Shown here: piece by piece, positions 52,205 through 61,483 of the stretch
How positions within the stretch are numbered: the stretch's first letter is position 1
Layout: each line of letters begins with the position of its first letter
Assembly: GCA_049997795.1 (NCBI GenBank)
Contig: JBEKVT010000002.1
Span: forward strand, 129,664-193,663
Source: Minisyncoccia bacterium
GTDB taxonomy: Bacteria > Patescibacteriota > Minisyncoccia > Phycocordibacterales > PALSA-1337
DNA: 64,000 nucleotides
Direction of reading: 5' to 3'
Notes under the pieces: model-generated
What the model was told of the DNA's origin: nothing
The model's database searches: none
Seen by the model: only the letters and a program-made list of their open reading frames with translations
Translations under genes and position numbers: made by a program

Positions 52205-54529
52205 CTACACGATCTCGCACACTCCCGCCACGCAGGCAAGCTCTTTCCTCAGGTCGGTCTCGTTCTGCTTCTCGTAAGTGATGATCTTCGAATAGTCGAC
52301 GTGCTCCAGGCGCTTCGAGAGCTCCTTGTACGTCTTCTCGTCGATGGCTTCGTAAGGCGCGAGCTTGTAGATGTGGTCTTCGCGCGGCAGGAACGACAGG
52401 CCGCCGACGATATCCCAATTCTTGTAGACCCAGTTGGCCACCTCTATCCACTCGCCGTTCCCCACGGAGATGGTCGCCGAAGGATTGTGCTCGCAGTAAT
52501 TCAGCTTGACCATCTTCCAGTGCTCGAGCTGCTCCAGGGCGGTGATGTCGTCCTTGAAGATGGAGCCGGCCGGGGCCTTGACCGGGAATTCGAGGACGTA
52601 GGTCGTGGCGCTCCCTTCGGTCTGGCCCACCTCCGGATGGAACGGCACGCCCTGGTCCTTCAGCATCTTGAAGAGAGTGTCGGTGGCGGCGATCCGGATG
52701 CGGCGGATGTAGTACTTGGAGTGGCGCGGGTGGACGCCGGACGAGCAGTCGACGGTCTGGGACAGGCTGCCGGAAGGCTTGACGCAGGTGATGCAGGTCG
52801 ACTCGTTCACGCCGAAGCGCTTGGCGAACTCGCGGTTCGTCTTCAGGGCCTCGGCCTTGAGCTTCCTCAGGACCTCGGGCCTCCTCGCGGCCGGCGAATC
52901 CCACTGACCCGTGAGAGAGACGCCGAGCAGGCGCTCGCGCTCGCAGCGCTCCTTCCATTCCTTCGAGAGGTACGGGAAATGCGTCAGTATCGACTGGTAG
53001 GTGCCGAGGATGGTGGCTATCCTCACCTTCCGGAGCAGGGTCTTCTCCGTATCTTCGACGCGGCAGACGACCTCGGACAGATTGCAGAACTGCTTGGGCT
53101 GGAGGATGATCTCGGCGCATGGGTTAGTGCCTATCTGGCCGACGATCTTGGTGCCGGAGGCATCGAAATAGCCCTTGTACTCCCTCAAGACCTTGAGGCG
53201 GCGCTCCGGCAGGGTCCTCGCGAGCGAGCCGCGGTTGAATATGCCCCGTTCGCCGGAGCGGCTCTCTATCAAGGACATCCATTCCTTCAGGAATTCCTCG
53301 TTGGTCGGCTTGCTCATGTAGACGGCCGAGTTGTTGGCCAGCATGCGGTGCGGATGGGTCAGGTAAAAAGCCCCCCTCTTGGCGTCGCGGATCTCCTGGT
53401 CGTCGAGATTGGACAGGGAGATCATGGCGCTCCTCCGGACGCCGCCAGCCACCACGCAGTCGCCGATCATGCAGATGATGTCGTGGAGATCTATCGGATG
53501 GAGCCTCCTGCCCTGGCGCGCCAGCATGACCTCGCGAGTGAACGAGAGCAATCTCTGGAGCGGAGCCGGACCGGAAGCCTTGCCGCCCATGGTCTTCAGG
53601 CGCGAGCCCTCTGGACGGACGGCGGAGAAATCAAATTCGATGTCCTTGCCGGCGGCCCAGGCCTTCATGCCGACAACGAGCGAGTCGGCCCAGCCTTCCT
53701 TGCTGTCGTCGATCACGTGCTTGGGCAATTTGACGCCGGTCTGCACCATGATCTGCGGGAACTTCTCGGTGTTGGCGCTCTCGACGGACCAGCCGGCCCC
53801 GGTGCCGCACATGGAGATGTACATGATCTCGGCGAGGTCCTGGAAAGATTCGGGAGCGGTGAACGAGCAGTTGTAAGCGCAGACGTTGGTGGCGCGGGCC
53901 GCCTTGCCGGCGAATTGGAGGAGCCGCATCGAGGGCATGGCCTCGTGATTCAGGATGGCCTCGCGGACTTCCTTGTACTCGGCGTCGGAGAGCTTCTTGC
54001 CGAGGTTCTCGCGCATGAAGTCCACGTAGCGGTCGACGGTCTCGATCCAGGTCTCCCGCCGGCTCTCGGAATCTATCCAGCGCGAGTAGGTGCGGTAATA
54101 GACGAATTCGCCAAGGGCGTTCCGGAAATATTTCTTGGAATCGGCGGCGAGCTTGCGGACGTATTCGGGCGCTTCGAGGCCTTCGGCCCGGATCTTGGCG
54201 CGCTCGTCGCGGTAGATGACGTAGTGCTTGGCGGTCTTGACGAAGTCGGAGCGCATCAATTCCTGCTCGACGATGTCCTGGACGCCCTCGACGGTCGGCA
54301 CGAAGTTGGAGAATTTGCGCTTGATGCGGACGAGTTCGGCCAGGATCTGGCCGGCGATCATCCGGGCGTCTTCGAGCGACCCTTCATGCACCGTATTCAT
54401 GCCCTTCCAGACGGCGTTGACGATCTTTTCCACGTCGAACGGCACGATCCTGCCGTCTCTCTTTATGATCGTCGGGATGACGACTGTTTTGGCCGCTTGT
54501 CCTGAAGCGGATCTCTTCTTTGGGGGCAT
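52205..54529 (-). CDS. nrdJ: Class II (adenosylcobalamin-dependent) ribonucleotide reductase with N-terminal ATP cone
   Basis: IKRDGR ATP cone, YYRTYSR, AYNC, GGVRRSAMI, TNPCAEI, TCVKPSG, terminal CVAGVC. Confidence 0.9.
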   Translation of the reverse strand: MPPKKRSASGQAAKTVVIPTIIKRDGRIVPFDVEKIVNAVWKGMNTVHEGSLEDARMIAGQILAELVRIKRKFSNFVPTVEGVQDIVEQELMRSDFVKTAKHYVIYRDERAKIRAEGLEAPEYVRKLAADSKKYFRNALGEFVYYRTYSRWIDSESRRETWIETVDRYVDFMRENLGKKLSDAEYKEVREAILNHEAMPSMRLLQFAGKAARATNVCAYNCSFTAPESFQDLAEIMYISMCGTGAGWSVESANTEKFPQIMVQTGVKLPKHVIDDSKEGWADSLVVGMKAWAAGKDIEFDFSAVRPEGSRLKTMGGKASGPAPLQRLLSFTREVMLARQGRRLHPIDLHDIICMIGDCVVAGGVRRSAMISLSNLDDQEIRDAKRGAFYLTHPHRMLANNSAVYMSKPTNEEFLKEWMSLIESRSGERGIFNRGSLARTLPERRLKVLREYKGYFDASGTKIVGQIGTNPCAEIILQPKQFCNLSEVVCRVEDTEKTLLRKVRIATILGTYQSILTHFPYLSKEWKERCERERLLGVSLTGQWDSPAARRPEVLRKLKAEALKTNREFAKRFGVNESTCITCVKPSGSLSQTVDCSSGVHPRHSKYYIRRIRIAATDTLFKMLKDQGVPFHPEVGQTEGSATTYVLEFPVKAPAGSIFKDDITALEQLEHWKMVKLNYCEHNPSATISVGNGEWIEVANWVYKNWDIVGGLSFLPREDHIYKLAPYEAIDEKTYKELSKRLEHVDYSKIITYEKQNETDLRKELACVAGVCEIV

Positions 54530-54671
54530 ATCCTGAGCGCAAGCGCCCGTCTGGCGGACAGACAGGGCGCGCTGTGACGCTTAAGGTTTTTAATAAACGC
54601 GGACCGACCGGGGCAACGAACGAATTTTTCTTACTTGTCCATTCTACTCTCGGCCATCGGACAAAAAAAGG

Positions 54672-54680
54672 TGTGGATAA
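54672..54680 (-). promoter_or_regulatory. Perfect DnaA box upstream of nrdJ
   Basis: TGTGGATAA = TTATCCACA on minus strand. Confidence 0.45.
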
Positions 54681-54683
54681 GTT

Positions 54684-55238
54684 TTAGAACACGAGTTGCG
54701 TGCCGGTTGCAATGCCGAACTTCGCCGCAGCGCCGGAATCAAGCTCCAAAACGTACAAGATCGGCGATGGCGGAGAGAAAACGTCTGGGAACGTGTCGGG
54801 AGAGATGCCTCCGGTGACACCTGCGACACGCTTGTCTGCCGCGATCCAGACCATGTCGAGCGGGAAGCGCATGTTCAGCATCCAAAAACCATAGAGGGCG
54901 GGTTTCATGAACGGGAATAGCATGCCGGCATCCGCCGGAAGCTGGTCCCGGCCGCCCAAACCCAGTGCTTGCTCTTCGGAAGTGGAGGCGATCATGGCGT
55001 GGATGGTCCCGCGAGGTGTTTTAACGCCCATAGTCTCGAGATTTTCCGCTGGAGAGGCCGGCATAACCTCAGCCGGAGAGGTCGTCGCGGCGGCAGAAGC
55101 GCGTGGTGAGGGTCGATTTTGATCCAAGAGCGGCGACCGCACGGTCGGAGCCAGCTTTTCGCCGACCAAAAAGAGCACGTATATGCTCACCAGGACGACG
55201 ATGAGGGTCGAGAGCTGTGAGAAAGTCTTCGATTTCAT
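54684..55238 (-). CDS. DUF192 domain protein
   Basis: GL..R..L....GMLF.F....FWM.NMRFPLD..W; YVLEL..G. Confidence 0.9.
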   Translation of the reverse strand: MKSKTFSQLSTLIVVLVSIYVLFLVGEKLAPTVRSPLLDQNRPSPRASAAATTSPAEVMPASPAENLETMGVKTPRGTIHAMIASTSEEQALGLGGRDQLPADAGMLFPFMKPALYGFWMLNMRFPLDMVWIAADKRVAGVTGGISPDTFPDVFSPPSPILYVLELDSGAAAKFGIATGTQLVF

Positions 55239-55348
55239 GTAGATCGTATTTGTCGGCGCGCGCGATACGGACATATTAGCATAACGCCGCCATATGAGCT
55301 TTGTGTTATACAAAAAAGAGCGGACCGATCGGGGTCCGCTCTCGCAAA

Positions 55349-55681
55349 TCACGCCGTCTGGGTCTGGACTTCAGCGTCTTCGGTCTTGGAGATCGCGAGC
55401 TTGTGCCTTTCCCTGAAGTCGATGCAACCCTGACGGATCGCTCTCGGGTTCTCGATATAATTCCAGGCGAGGTCGTTGTCCGTCGGATTATTGCCATCGA
55501 TCTTGGGATCAAGACTGGTGTAATACTTGTTGTCAGATCCTCTTATCTCCTGCATCTGACAAAGATTGTAATCTTTCAGAGACGGGCACTGGCACGGATG
55601 TTCTTTTGAAAGAGCGGCGACTTCGGCCGGCGTGAGGAACGGGCATTGGAAATCTACAGGGCAAGTCAATAGATGACTCAT
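55349..55681 (-). CDS. Cys-containing hypothetical protein
   Basis: Strong SD AGGAGGT; terminator hairpin at 55312-55341. Confidence 0.55.
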   Translation of the reverse strand: MSHLLTCPVDFQCPFLTPAEVAALSKEHPCQCPSLKDYNLCQMQEIRGSDNKYYTSLDPKIDGNNPTDNDLAWNYIENPRAIRQGCIDFRERHKLAISKTEDAEVQTQTA

Positions 55682-55741
55682 GGGACACCTCCTATTTTTC
55701 ATTCTAGCGCCGGAAGTTTAAAAAGCAACAGGACCGCGGCT

Positions 55742-56365
55742 TCAATTTATGATCTGCCCTTTGTTCGCCAAGTCCGTCTCCGTGTCGGCTTCTTTCTCGC
55801 CCTCCACGACCTGCACGCCGATCTTGCGCTGGAGCATGAGCCGGATCTCGTCGGCCGTCTCCTTGTCGATCGGCTCGAGGACGATGTCCGTCTCGTTGTC
55901 CTCAGTCTTCTCTTCGTGCCCGGCCGAGTCTATGACGACTCTCGAGGTGCCGGTCAGCCGGTGCAGGAGGCTCCGTTCGACGTCCACGTCCTGCATCTGG
56001 CGGTACGGGATCGAGACGATGGTGGTGCTCACTATGCCCTGCTTCAGCTTCAGGTCGAATTCCTCGAAGGTGAAGGTGTAGTTGGCGTACTGGAGCTTGG
56101 CGATGACGAGGCCGACGATGCAGGCGAGGAGCGCCACGATGATAAGACCCATGATGAGGCCTCCCACTGTCCCGGAAACGGCTGCCGTAGCCCCTTTGGC
56201 GCCGCCTATTATAAGGACGCCGGCCAGGAACCCCGATATTGGGGCGCTCAAAACCATCAAAACGACGGCTATAAGCAATATAACCAGCCCCGCCGTCATT
56301 TTCCGCGATGCCAGGAGCAGGTATGCCTTCCGTCCCAGCCGCTGTTCTTGGTTTAAGGGGATCAT
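55742..56365 (-). CDS. Membrane protein with bacterial PH (bPH_2) domain
   Basis: Two TMs then Y.F....L.LKQGI......IPY..MQDVD..RSLL.RL.G. Confidence 0.85.
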   Translation of the reverse strand: MIPLNQEQRLGRKAYLLLASRKMTAGLVILLIAVVLMVLSAPISGFLAGVLIIGGAKGATAAVSGTVGGLIMGLIIVALLACIVGLVIAKLQYANYTFTFEEFDLKLKQGIVSTTIVSIPYRQMQDVDVERSLLHRLTGTSRVVIDSAGHEEKTEDNETDIVLEPIDKETADEIRLMLQRKIGVQVVEGEKEADTETDLANKGQIIN

Positions 56366-56380
56366 AGGATGATTATACTA

Positions 56381-56842
56381 CTAAGTTTCCAGAGTAGAAA
56401 TAAGCTCTTTCCAATAGTTCATGACGTTTTTAAAAATTTTAATAATGAACAAGGTTGAGCCATCGATTTTCAGTGTTAAGAATGACGTGGTGATAGCCGA
56501 AAGACCTGAGGCAAAACCATCCTCTTTTTGTGCAACTTGAATATCATTATGATGGCCGTCTGAATGTTTTGTGTGAGTTGCTAATTCCTGGATGATTTTA
56601 AGATCAGGGCATTTTGAAAAAATAAAATTGTGGAAGTCATTTATATCTTTTATTCCAAATTTAGATTGTAATCTTGCTTCCTCAGATGACCAAACCCAGT
56701 CTTTCTGGTGCCAGAGAATAATAGAACATGTTAAAGCTTCCTTTACATCCAACTGGCTTTTTAAAAAATCTTCGTAATTAGGTACTAGAATATTTTCAAA
56801 ATAATCTCTCGCCGTATTTATTCCAAAGGTAGCGGTGCTCAT
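56381..56842 (-). CDS. Hypothetical protein, possibly HEPN-like
   Basis: All-helical; WH..DW and L.II.ELATHTKH motifs reminiscent of HEPN families; AT-rich. Confidence 0.5.
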   Translation of the reverse strand: MSTATFGINTARDYFENILVPNYEDFLKSQLDVKEALTCSIILWHQKDWVWSSEEARLQSKFGIKDINDFHNFIFSKCPDLKIIQELATHTKHSDGHHNDIQVAQKEDGFASGLSAITTSFLTLKIDGSTLFIIKIFKNVMNYWKELISTLET

Positions 56843-56894
56843 GTTTATTATTAGCTGCGCGGTACGATGTTGGAGCTTATTTTACCAAGGGGGT

Positions 56895-57206
56895 TTAATC
56901 ACCCTTGTAATTTTCCAGCTTCTTTTTCCATTTCTCAACTTCTTTCCAAAAGCCACAAACGCTGGTGAACAAAATCACAAAGAAAATCGTTATGGGGATA
57001 AAAATTATTTTCAAGACAATGATTCTCCATTCTGTGAGATGATTAAAGCCGTTATAGGTATACCATGCAGTAATGATTAATCCGCTGATCCAAAGACAAA
57101 ATAGCATCCAAGCATATCTGATTATCTCTACAAGTATTTTCATTAGACGTCTTATCATTTCTATGTTTGTGAGACTTGGACTCGAACTAATCAAATCTTC
57201 TAACAA
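56895..57206 (-). CDS. Two-TM hypothetical protein
   Basis: Two hydrophobic segments; AT-rich; start uncertain. Confidence 0.4.
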   Translation of the reverse strand: MLEDLISSSPSLTNIEMIRRLMKILVEIIRYAWMLFCLWISGLIITAWYTYNGFNHLTEWRIIVLKIIFIPITIFFVILFTSVCGFWKEVEKWKKKLENYKGD

Positions 57207-57404
57207 AACTATTTCTGGCGGCAGTTTTTACTTGAAGTTCGAACTTTTTTCGCCGAAAATCCGTGCCCATGAATCATTGCGCCTTCGCTCCGCTTGGCGC
57301 TCGGAAAAGGGCGGACGGCGGCCGGGGGTGTGGGGGTTCCTCTTCGTTTTCGCGCGCCGCCCTGCTGATTTTTTCGGGGGCGATTCGGAACAAGATCCAA
57401 GTTA

Positions 57405-57663
57405 CCTGTGGCTCATTTGGTGGATTTGAGCCACAGGCATTTTAGCACAGGTTTGGGAGGCTCGAAGCGGCCCACTTCCGCTTCAGATAGAGTTCTGTAG
57501 CGCGTTCGGCGTCAGTCCGTGTGGCTCCATTGCATTTCGCCGCACCGACATTCCGCCAGACGCGGATGGCAGTTGATGGAAGAAGCGGAAGTCGGCCGCT
57601 TCTCGGCGGAAGTTGGTGGTGAATCTGAAACACATGTGGCTCATTTCCACCATATGAGCCACA
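57405..57663. repeat. Pair of inverted 29-bp palindromic sites (57407-57435 and 57635-57663)
   Basis: TGTGGCTCAT-ttggtggatt-TGAGCCACA and reverse-oriented TGTGGCTCAT-ttccaccat-ATGAGCCACA; 26/29 identical. Confidence 0.8.
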
Positions 57664-57670
57664 ACTGGGT

Positions 57671-58228
57671 TTAGTGAAGAAACTGGTACTTGGCATCGCG
57701 CGGGTTTCCCGCGCGTGCAAGGTGGCCTTGCTGGACTAACTTGACCAGATATCTCGTTGCTGTGGCGCTGGAGATGTGCAAGGTCTTCTGCACATCTTCG
57801 TTGGCTATGATTTTCTTTTTCTGTGCCAACAGAATGATCTTGTCGAGCTTCTTCTGTTTGTTTGACTGGATTTTTGCATTCGCTTTGGCGAGCAGAGCGC
57901 GGATGAAGCCGGTCTGGTCTGGTTGCGCCGGCGATTGCGCCTGTGGCACTTGCGGAGTCGGTGCCGCCGGCGCGGACACAGGAGGTGGCGCAGGTTGTAA
58001 TGGTTCAGAAATCGGCTCAGACGCAGGTTCTGTTGTTGGCTCATCTGTCGCAGGCACTGTCATCTGATCTTCGACTGGAGCAACTGGCACAGATTCAGTA
58101 GGTTCAGAAATTGGTTCAGAAACCGGAGTGTTATCAGTTACCATTTCTACTTGAGCAGGTTCTGGCGCAGGAACCTCTGAAACCACCGGTTCAGCTACTG
58201 GCGCGCTTTGAGCATTTTCATCATCCAT
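57671..58228 (-). CDS. Pro/Glu-rich protein with C-terminal winged HTH
   Basis: IANEDVQKTLHISSATATRYLVKLVQQG.L...G (DeoR/Fic-type wHTH). Confidence 0.75.
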   Translation of the reverse strand: MDDENAQSAPVAEPVVSEVPAPEPAQVEMVTDNTPVSEPISEPTESVPVAPVEDQMTVPATDEPTTEPASEPISEPLQPAPPPVSAPAAPTPQVPQAQSPAQPDQTGFIRALLAKANAKIQSNKQKKLDKIILLAQKKKIIANEDVQKTLHISSATATRYLVKLVQQGHLARAGNPRDAKYQFLH

Positions 58229-58390
58229 GGAGATATTTTAGCATCAAAATAGGTCTATTTTTGAGCCTCCATAGAGCCACCGCATGAGCATGCTATTGGG
58301 CTTGCAATTTACATGGAGCTATGGTATAATACTAGAGTAGTTTCAAATAGTGATTTTTAACAATAAACCCTTAACCCTACGGAGGTCCAA

Positions 58391-58801
58391 ATGGATGGTT
58401 TACAAATCAAGGCCCTACTAGCTGGCCTATTCTTCGGATTGTGGCCGCTACTTATGAACAAGAGCGGACTCAATGGCAATGTTTCGGCGATGGCATTCGC
58501 TGGTCTGGTGTTGTTATTCGTCTCCCCTTTTGCCTTGAGCAACATCGGAGATCTTTCCAACACCAAATGGCTCATGGTCGTCGGAGCAGGCTTGTTCGGT
58601 GCCCTCGGCGTCATGTCCTTCAACGGCATGCTTGCCAAGGCAACCCCGCAGGCGGTGAGCACGCTCTTTGTTCTGATGATTGTGGTGCAAACAGCCGTTC
58701 CGGCTGTGTATCAAGTCATCATGAACGGTGGGCTTTCGCTCACCAAAGGATTAGGGTTTGCGCTCGCGGCGATCGCCGCGGTGCTACTCGTCAAGTCCTG
58801 A
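58391..58801 (+). CDS. Small DMT/EamA-like membrane protein
   Basis: Five hydrophobic segments; SD GGAGG. Confidence 0.65.
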   Translation: MDGLQIKALLAGLFFGLWPLLMNKSGLNGNVSAMAFAGLVLLFVSPFALSNIGDLSNTKWLMVVGAGLFGALGVMSFNGMLAKATPQAVSTLFVLMIVVQTAVPAVYQVIMNGGLSLTKGLGFALAAIAAVLLVKS

Positions 58802-58914
58802 AAAGAGTTTACACGCCCGCTTTGCACAGAAAATCTGTCGCGAGGCGGGTTTTCTTTTTGGGCTGATAGGCAAGCACCTTGGAAACGAGGTATTTCTATG
58901 TTATCGTTTTATGA

Positions 58915-59631
58915 ATGAAAAACCGTAACTTTTTCTTTCAACAATACGACAAAATCAATTGGGCGAATCAAGACAAGACGAATCTGAACGTCGCTGTATA
59001 CCAGCACTTGATCGAGAACATCATCTCCAAGAAAGATGGGCCTTTTAAGCTATTCGATGTGGGCTCTGGTATAGGATTATTTATCCGACTGCTCAAGGAA
59101 AAGTTCGGCAATTCTGTCCGCATCGATGGCTGTGAGCCGTCGAAAAAGAGCTATGACTATTTTATGAAGAGTGACATAGATAAGACTAACGTCACGATAT
59201 ATCCTGAAACGTTCCAAAACATCAAAACAAATGAGAAATTTGATTTCATAACCGCAATATATGTCTTTCCGCATTTTATAGAAGCGGATTTAGGCAAGGT
59301 CGCACAAAAAATATCCAGCATGCTCAATGAAGCTGGAAAGTTGATCATCGTGGTCTCCAATGAAGAATATTTACGAAATAAGTTAGAGACTAAAAAAGAT
59401 CTCTTTATCGAAAAGAATGTAATCGAATTTAAGGGCAAGGAGTATAAGGAATATCTGCACTATGTCGAGATTCCTGATATGGGAACTGTCATAGATTACG
59501 ATAGAGAAGAAGATTACTATAAAGATTTGCTGGAGGATAACGGGTTGAGATTTGTGAAAAAGGACAAGATAAACAGCGACGAATACATCTGCACCATATT
59601 CACTTTTGAGAAAGGCGAACTCACTAAGTGA
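58915..59631 (+). CDS. Class I SAM-dependent methyltransferase
   Basis: LFDVGSGIG, KFDFI....VFPH, L...GKL. Confidence 0.85.
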   Translation: MKNRNFFFQQYDKINWANQDKTNLNVAVYQHLIENIISKKDGPFKLFDVGSGIGLFIRLLKEKFGNSVRIDGCEPSKKSYDYFMKSDIDKTNVTIYPETFQNIKTNEKFDFITAIYVFPHFIEADLGKVAQKISSMLNEAGKLIIVVSNEEYLRNKLETKKDLFIEKNVIEFKGKEYKEYLHYVEIPDMGTVIDYDREEDYYKDLLEDNGLRFVKKDKINSDEYICTIFTFEKGELTK

Positions 59632-59696
59632 TCGCAAATAACGGCACTGATTCTAGCCCGTGGCAAAAGTAGCGGAATATGCTAATGTTTTATGCA

Positions 59697-60230
59697 ATGA
59701 AATACCATCTAGGGGAAGCATACGATTTCTATAAGAAATTCATATACAACAAGGAAAAGCAGACTCTGCTCGCAGAACGCAATCTTCACGTCGCCGGAAG
59801 CGTTCCGTCCGTGGACTGGGAGCTGTTCGGCGCTATTCTCACCGGCGATGACGGCAAGGGCGGCTATGGCTCAGATCTCAAGCGTCACGAGATCAAATCG
59901 TCCGTAAGCGGCGCGAGCTTCGAATATCAATATCACTTGAACGGCGGCATGAAGAAGCTCGCCGACGACATGAAAGTCGACCACATCTTCATCTCATACA
60001 GCCCAGACTACAGAGACATCGAGGCGCGAGTCATCAAGGGAACCGTCCTGAAAAAGACCTTCAAGGGCTGGGAGCCGGGATTGATTGAGAACTACGCAGG
60101 CCCGAACAGGAAACAACGCTATCGCCGTAGTATCTCGTACGGGACGGTCAAGTCCGACGGCAAGCTTATACTGAAAATTGAACAGGGCGAGCTCGTCCAA
60201 GACGAAGCGTCTGTTGCAACGAAGAAATAG
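59697..60230 (+). CDS. Putative type II restriction endonuclease (PD-(D/E)xK)
   Basis: WE...AILTG..G....SDL...EIKS signature; convergent with a C5 methyltransferase. Confidence 0.6.
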   Translation: MKYHLGEAYDFYKKFIYNKEKQTLLAERNLHVAGSVPSVDWELFGAILTGDDGKGGYGSDLKRHEIKSSVSGASFEYQYHLNGGMKKLADDMKVDHIFISYSPDYRDIEARVIKGTVLKKTFKGWEPGLIENYAGPNRKQRYRRSISYGTVKSDGKLILKIEQGELVQDEASVATKK

Positions 60231-61368
60231 AATTCAGATAGTGATTGCCTAGCCACTCCAAGACTGGCACGCAGACGGCATCGCCGAAGCCGAAAAGGAC
60301 ATCGTTCAAGGAAAGATCTGGATTTATCTTGAATTCATCAGCACCCATCAATCTGGCGGCCTCTTTTCCGTTTATCAGGCGCGCATCAATCTTTCCCCGG
60401 CCAGCTCTCACGATTATCTGCCTTGCACTTCCTCCTTTCGGGGTACGCAAACAGCCAGCGATTCCATCTGTACGCAACTCGGCAGTCGAGAGCGACTTAC
60501 CGTTGCGAACCCTCATCCGGCGAAATACAGTGAAATAGGAATATCTCGATTCTTTCTTTTTTGCTTCCAGAATGATCTTATGCCTGTCGTGCATTTGGTC
60601 ATACAGATATTCGGTTCTTTCTTTTTCCCACCATTCCGCCGAGGGATCGACTATCTCTTCGAGAGAAATCTGCCGTTGCGGCAGGTTCGGCAAGGAATGA
60701 AAATACCATTTCAGATCGGCGTTAGCGGAGATATATTCGGCTATCTTCTCCGGTCGAGCATTTGATGACCCGAGATTATGTTGTTGCGACAATATGTCAT
60801 CGGCCAGGCCAGATACGTTCACGGCCGAACTGTGCACGCCGACTACGAATATCCTTACGCGGCTTTGCGGCACGAAGTTCGCACCGTTGATCATGATGAG
60901 GTCCACCAGATATCCCAGCTCATTGAGTGAGCTAAGGACGGCTCTCAAGTCCTTCCCTTGATTTGACGAAAGCAGGCCTTCGACATTCTCCACGAGAACG
61001 AACGGGGGTTTCCCATCTCCGCGCTCCGCACGCATCTCCTTCAGAATGCGTAGGAAGTGCCAAAATGCCGACGACTCTCCGGCGTGTATTCCTCCACGCG
61101 CTCCGGCGACCGAAAGATCAGTGCAAGGAAACGAGGCATGGGCCAGCATCACGTCAGGAACGTCCTTTCCTTTAACGTCTGCGATGTCGCTTACGTGGTA
61201 GTGGCCTTGGCCGAAATTATTCTCATACGCGGCCGCCTTCGCTTTCTCATAGTCAAGGGCATAGACCGTTTTCCAGCCGGCTTTCTCAAGTCCCATCGTG
61301 ACAAGACCGATGCCGGCGAAAAAATCAGCGACTGTCTTTTCTTTCATCTTCGGTTTTGTAATGCTCAT
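60166..61368 (-). CDS. dcm: DNA (cytosine-5)-methyltransferase
   Basis: FFAGIG (I), FPC (IV), ENV (VI), PQSRVR (VIII), EAARLMG (IX), GDAV (X). Confidence 0.93.
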   Translation of the reverse strand: MSITKPKMKEKTVADFFAGIGLVTMGLEKAGWKTVYALDYEKAKAAAYENNFGQGHYHVSDIADVKGKDVPDVMLAHASFPCTDLSVAGARGGIHAGESSAFWHFLRILKEMRAERGDGKPPFVLVENVEGLLSSNQGKDLRAVLSSLNELGYLVDLIMINGANFVPQSRVRIFVVGVHSSAVNVSGLADDILSQQHNLGSSNARPEKIAEYISANADLKWYFHSLPNLPQRQISLEEIVDPSAEWWEKERTEYLYDQMHDRHKIILEAKKKESRYSYFTVFRRMRVRNGKSLSTAELRTDGIAGCLRTPKGGSARQIIVRAGRGKIDARLINGKEAARLMGADEFKINPDLSLNDVLFGFGDAVCVPVLEWLGNHYLNSISSLQQTLRLGRARPVQFSV

Positions 61369-61483
61369 TGATAACATTTTATCAGATAATGATTGAAATG
61401 GATAAGGTGCTTATATTATAGCCGATGCGTAAAGGCCGTCAAGGGTTATTGCACTATTTCAAAGAGTATGCTATCATACGACT

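Noticed and set aside
51565-52281. Several short ORFs
   Set aside because: They overlap the RNase P RNA gene and have no protein motifs
52301-54505. 734-aa plus-strand ORF and similar long antisense ORFs (5143-6708, 17885-19417, 32341-33711, 43768-45024)
   Set aside because: Shadow frames of high-GC genes with clear products on the opposite strand
54530-54683. Cobalamin riboswitch or NrdR box upstream of nrdJ
   Set aside because: Region is short and I could not find the conserved B12-box or NrdR-box sequence
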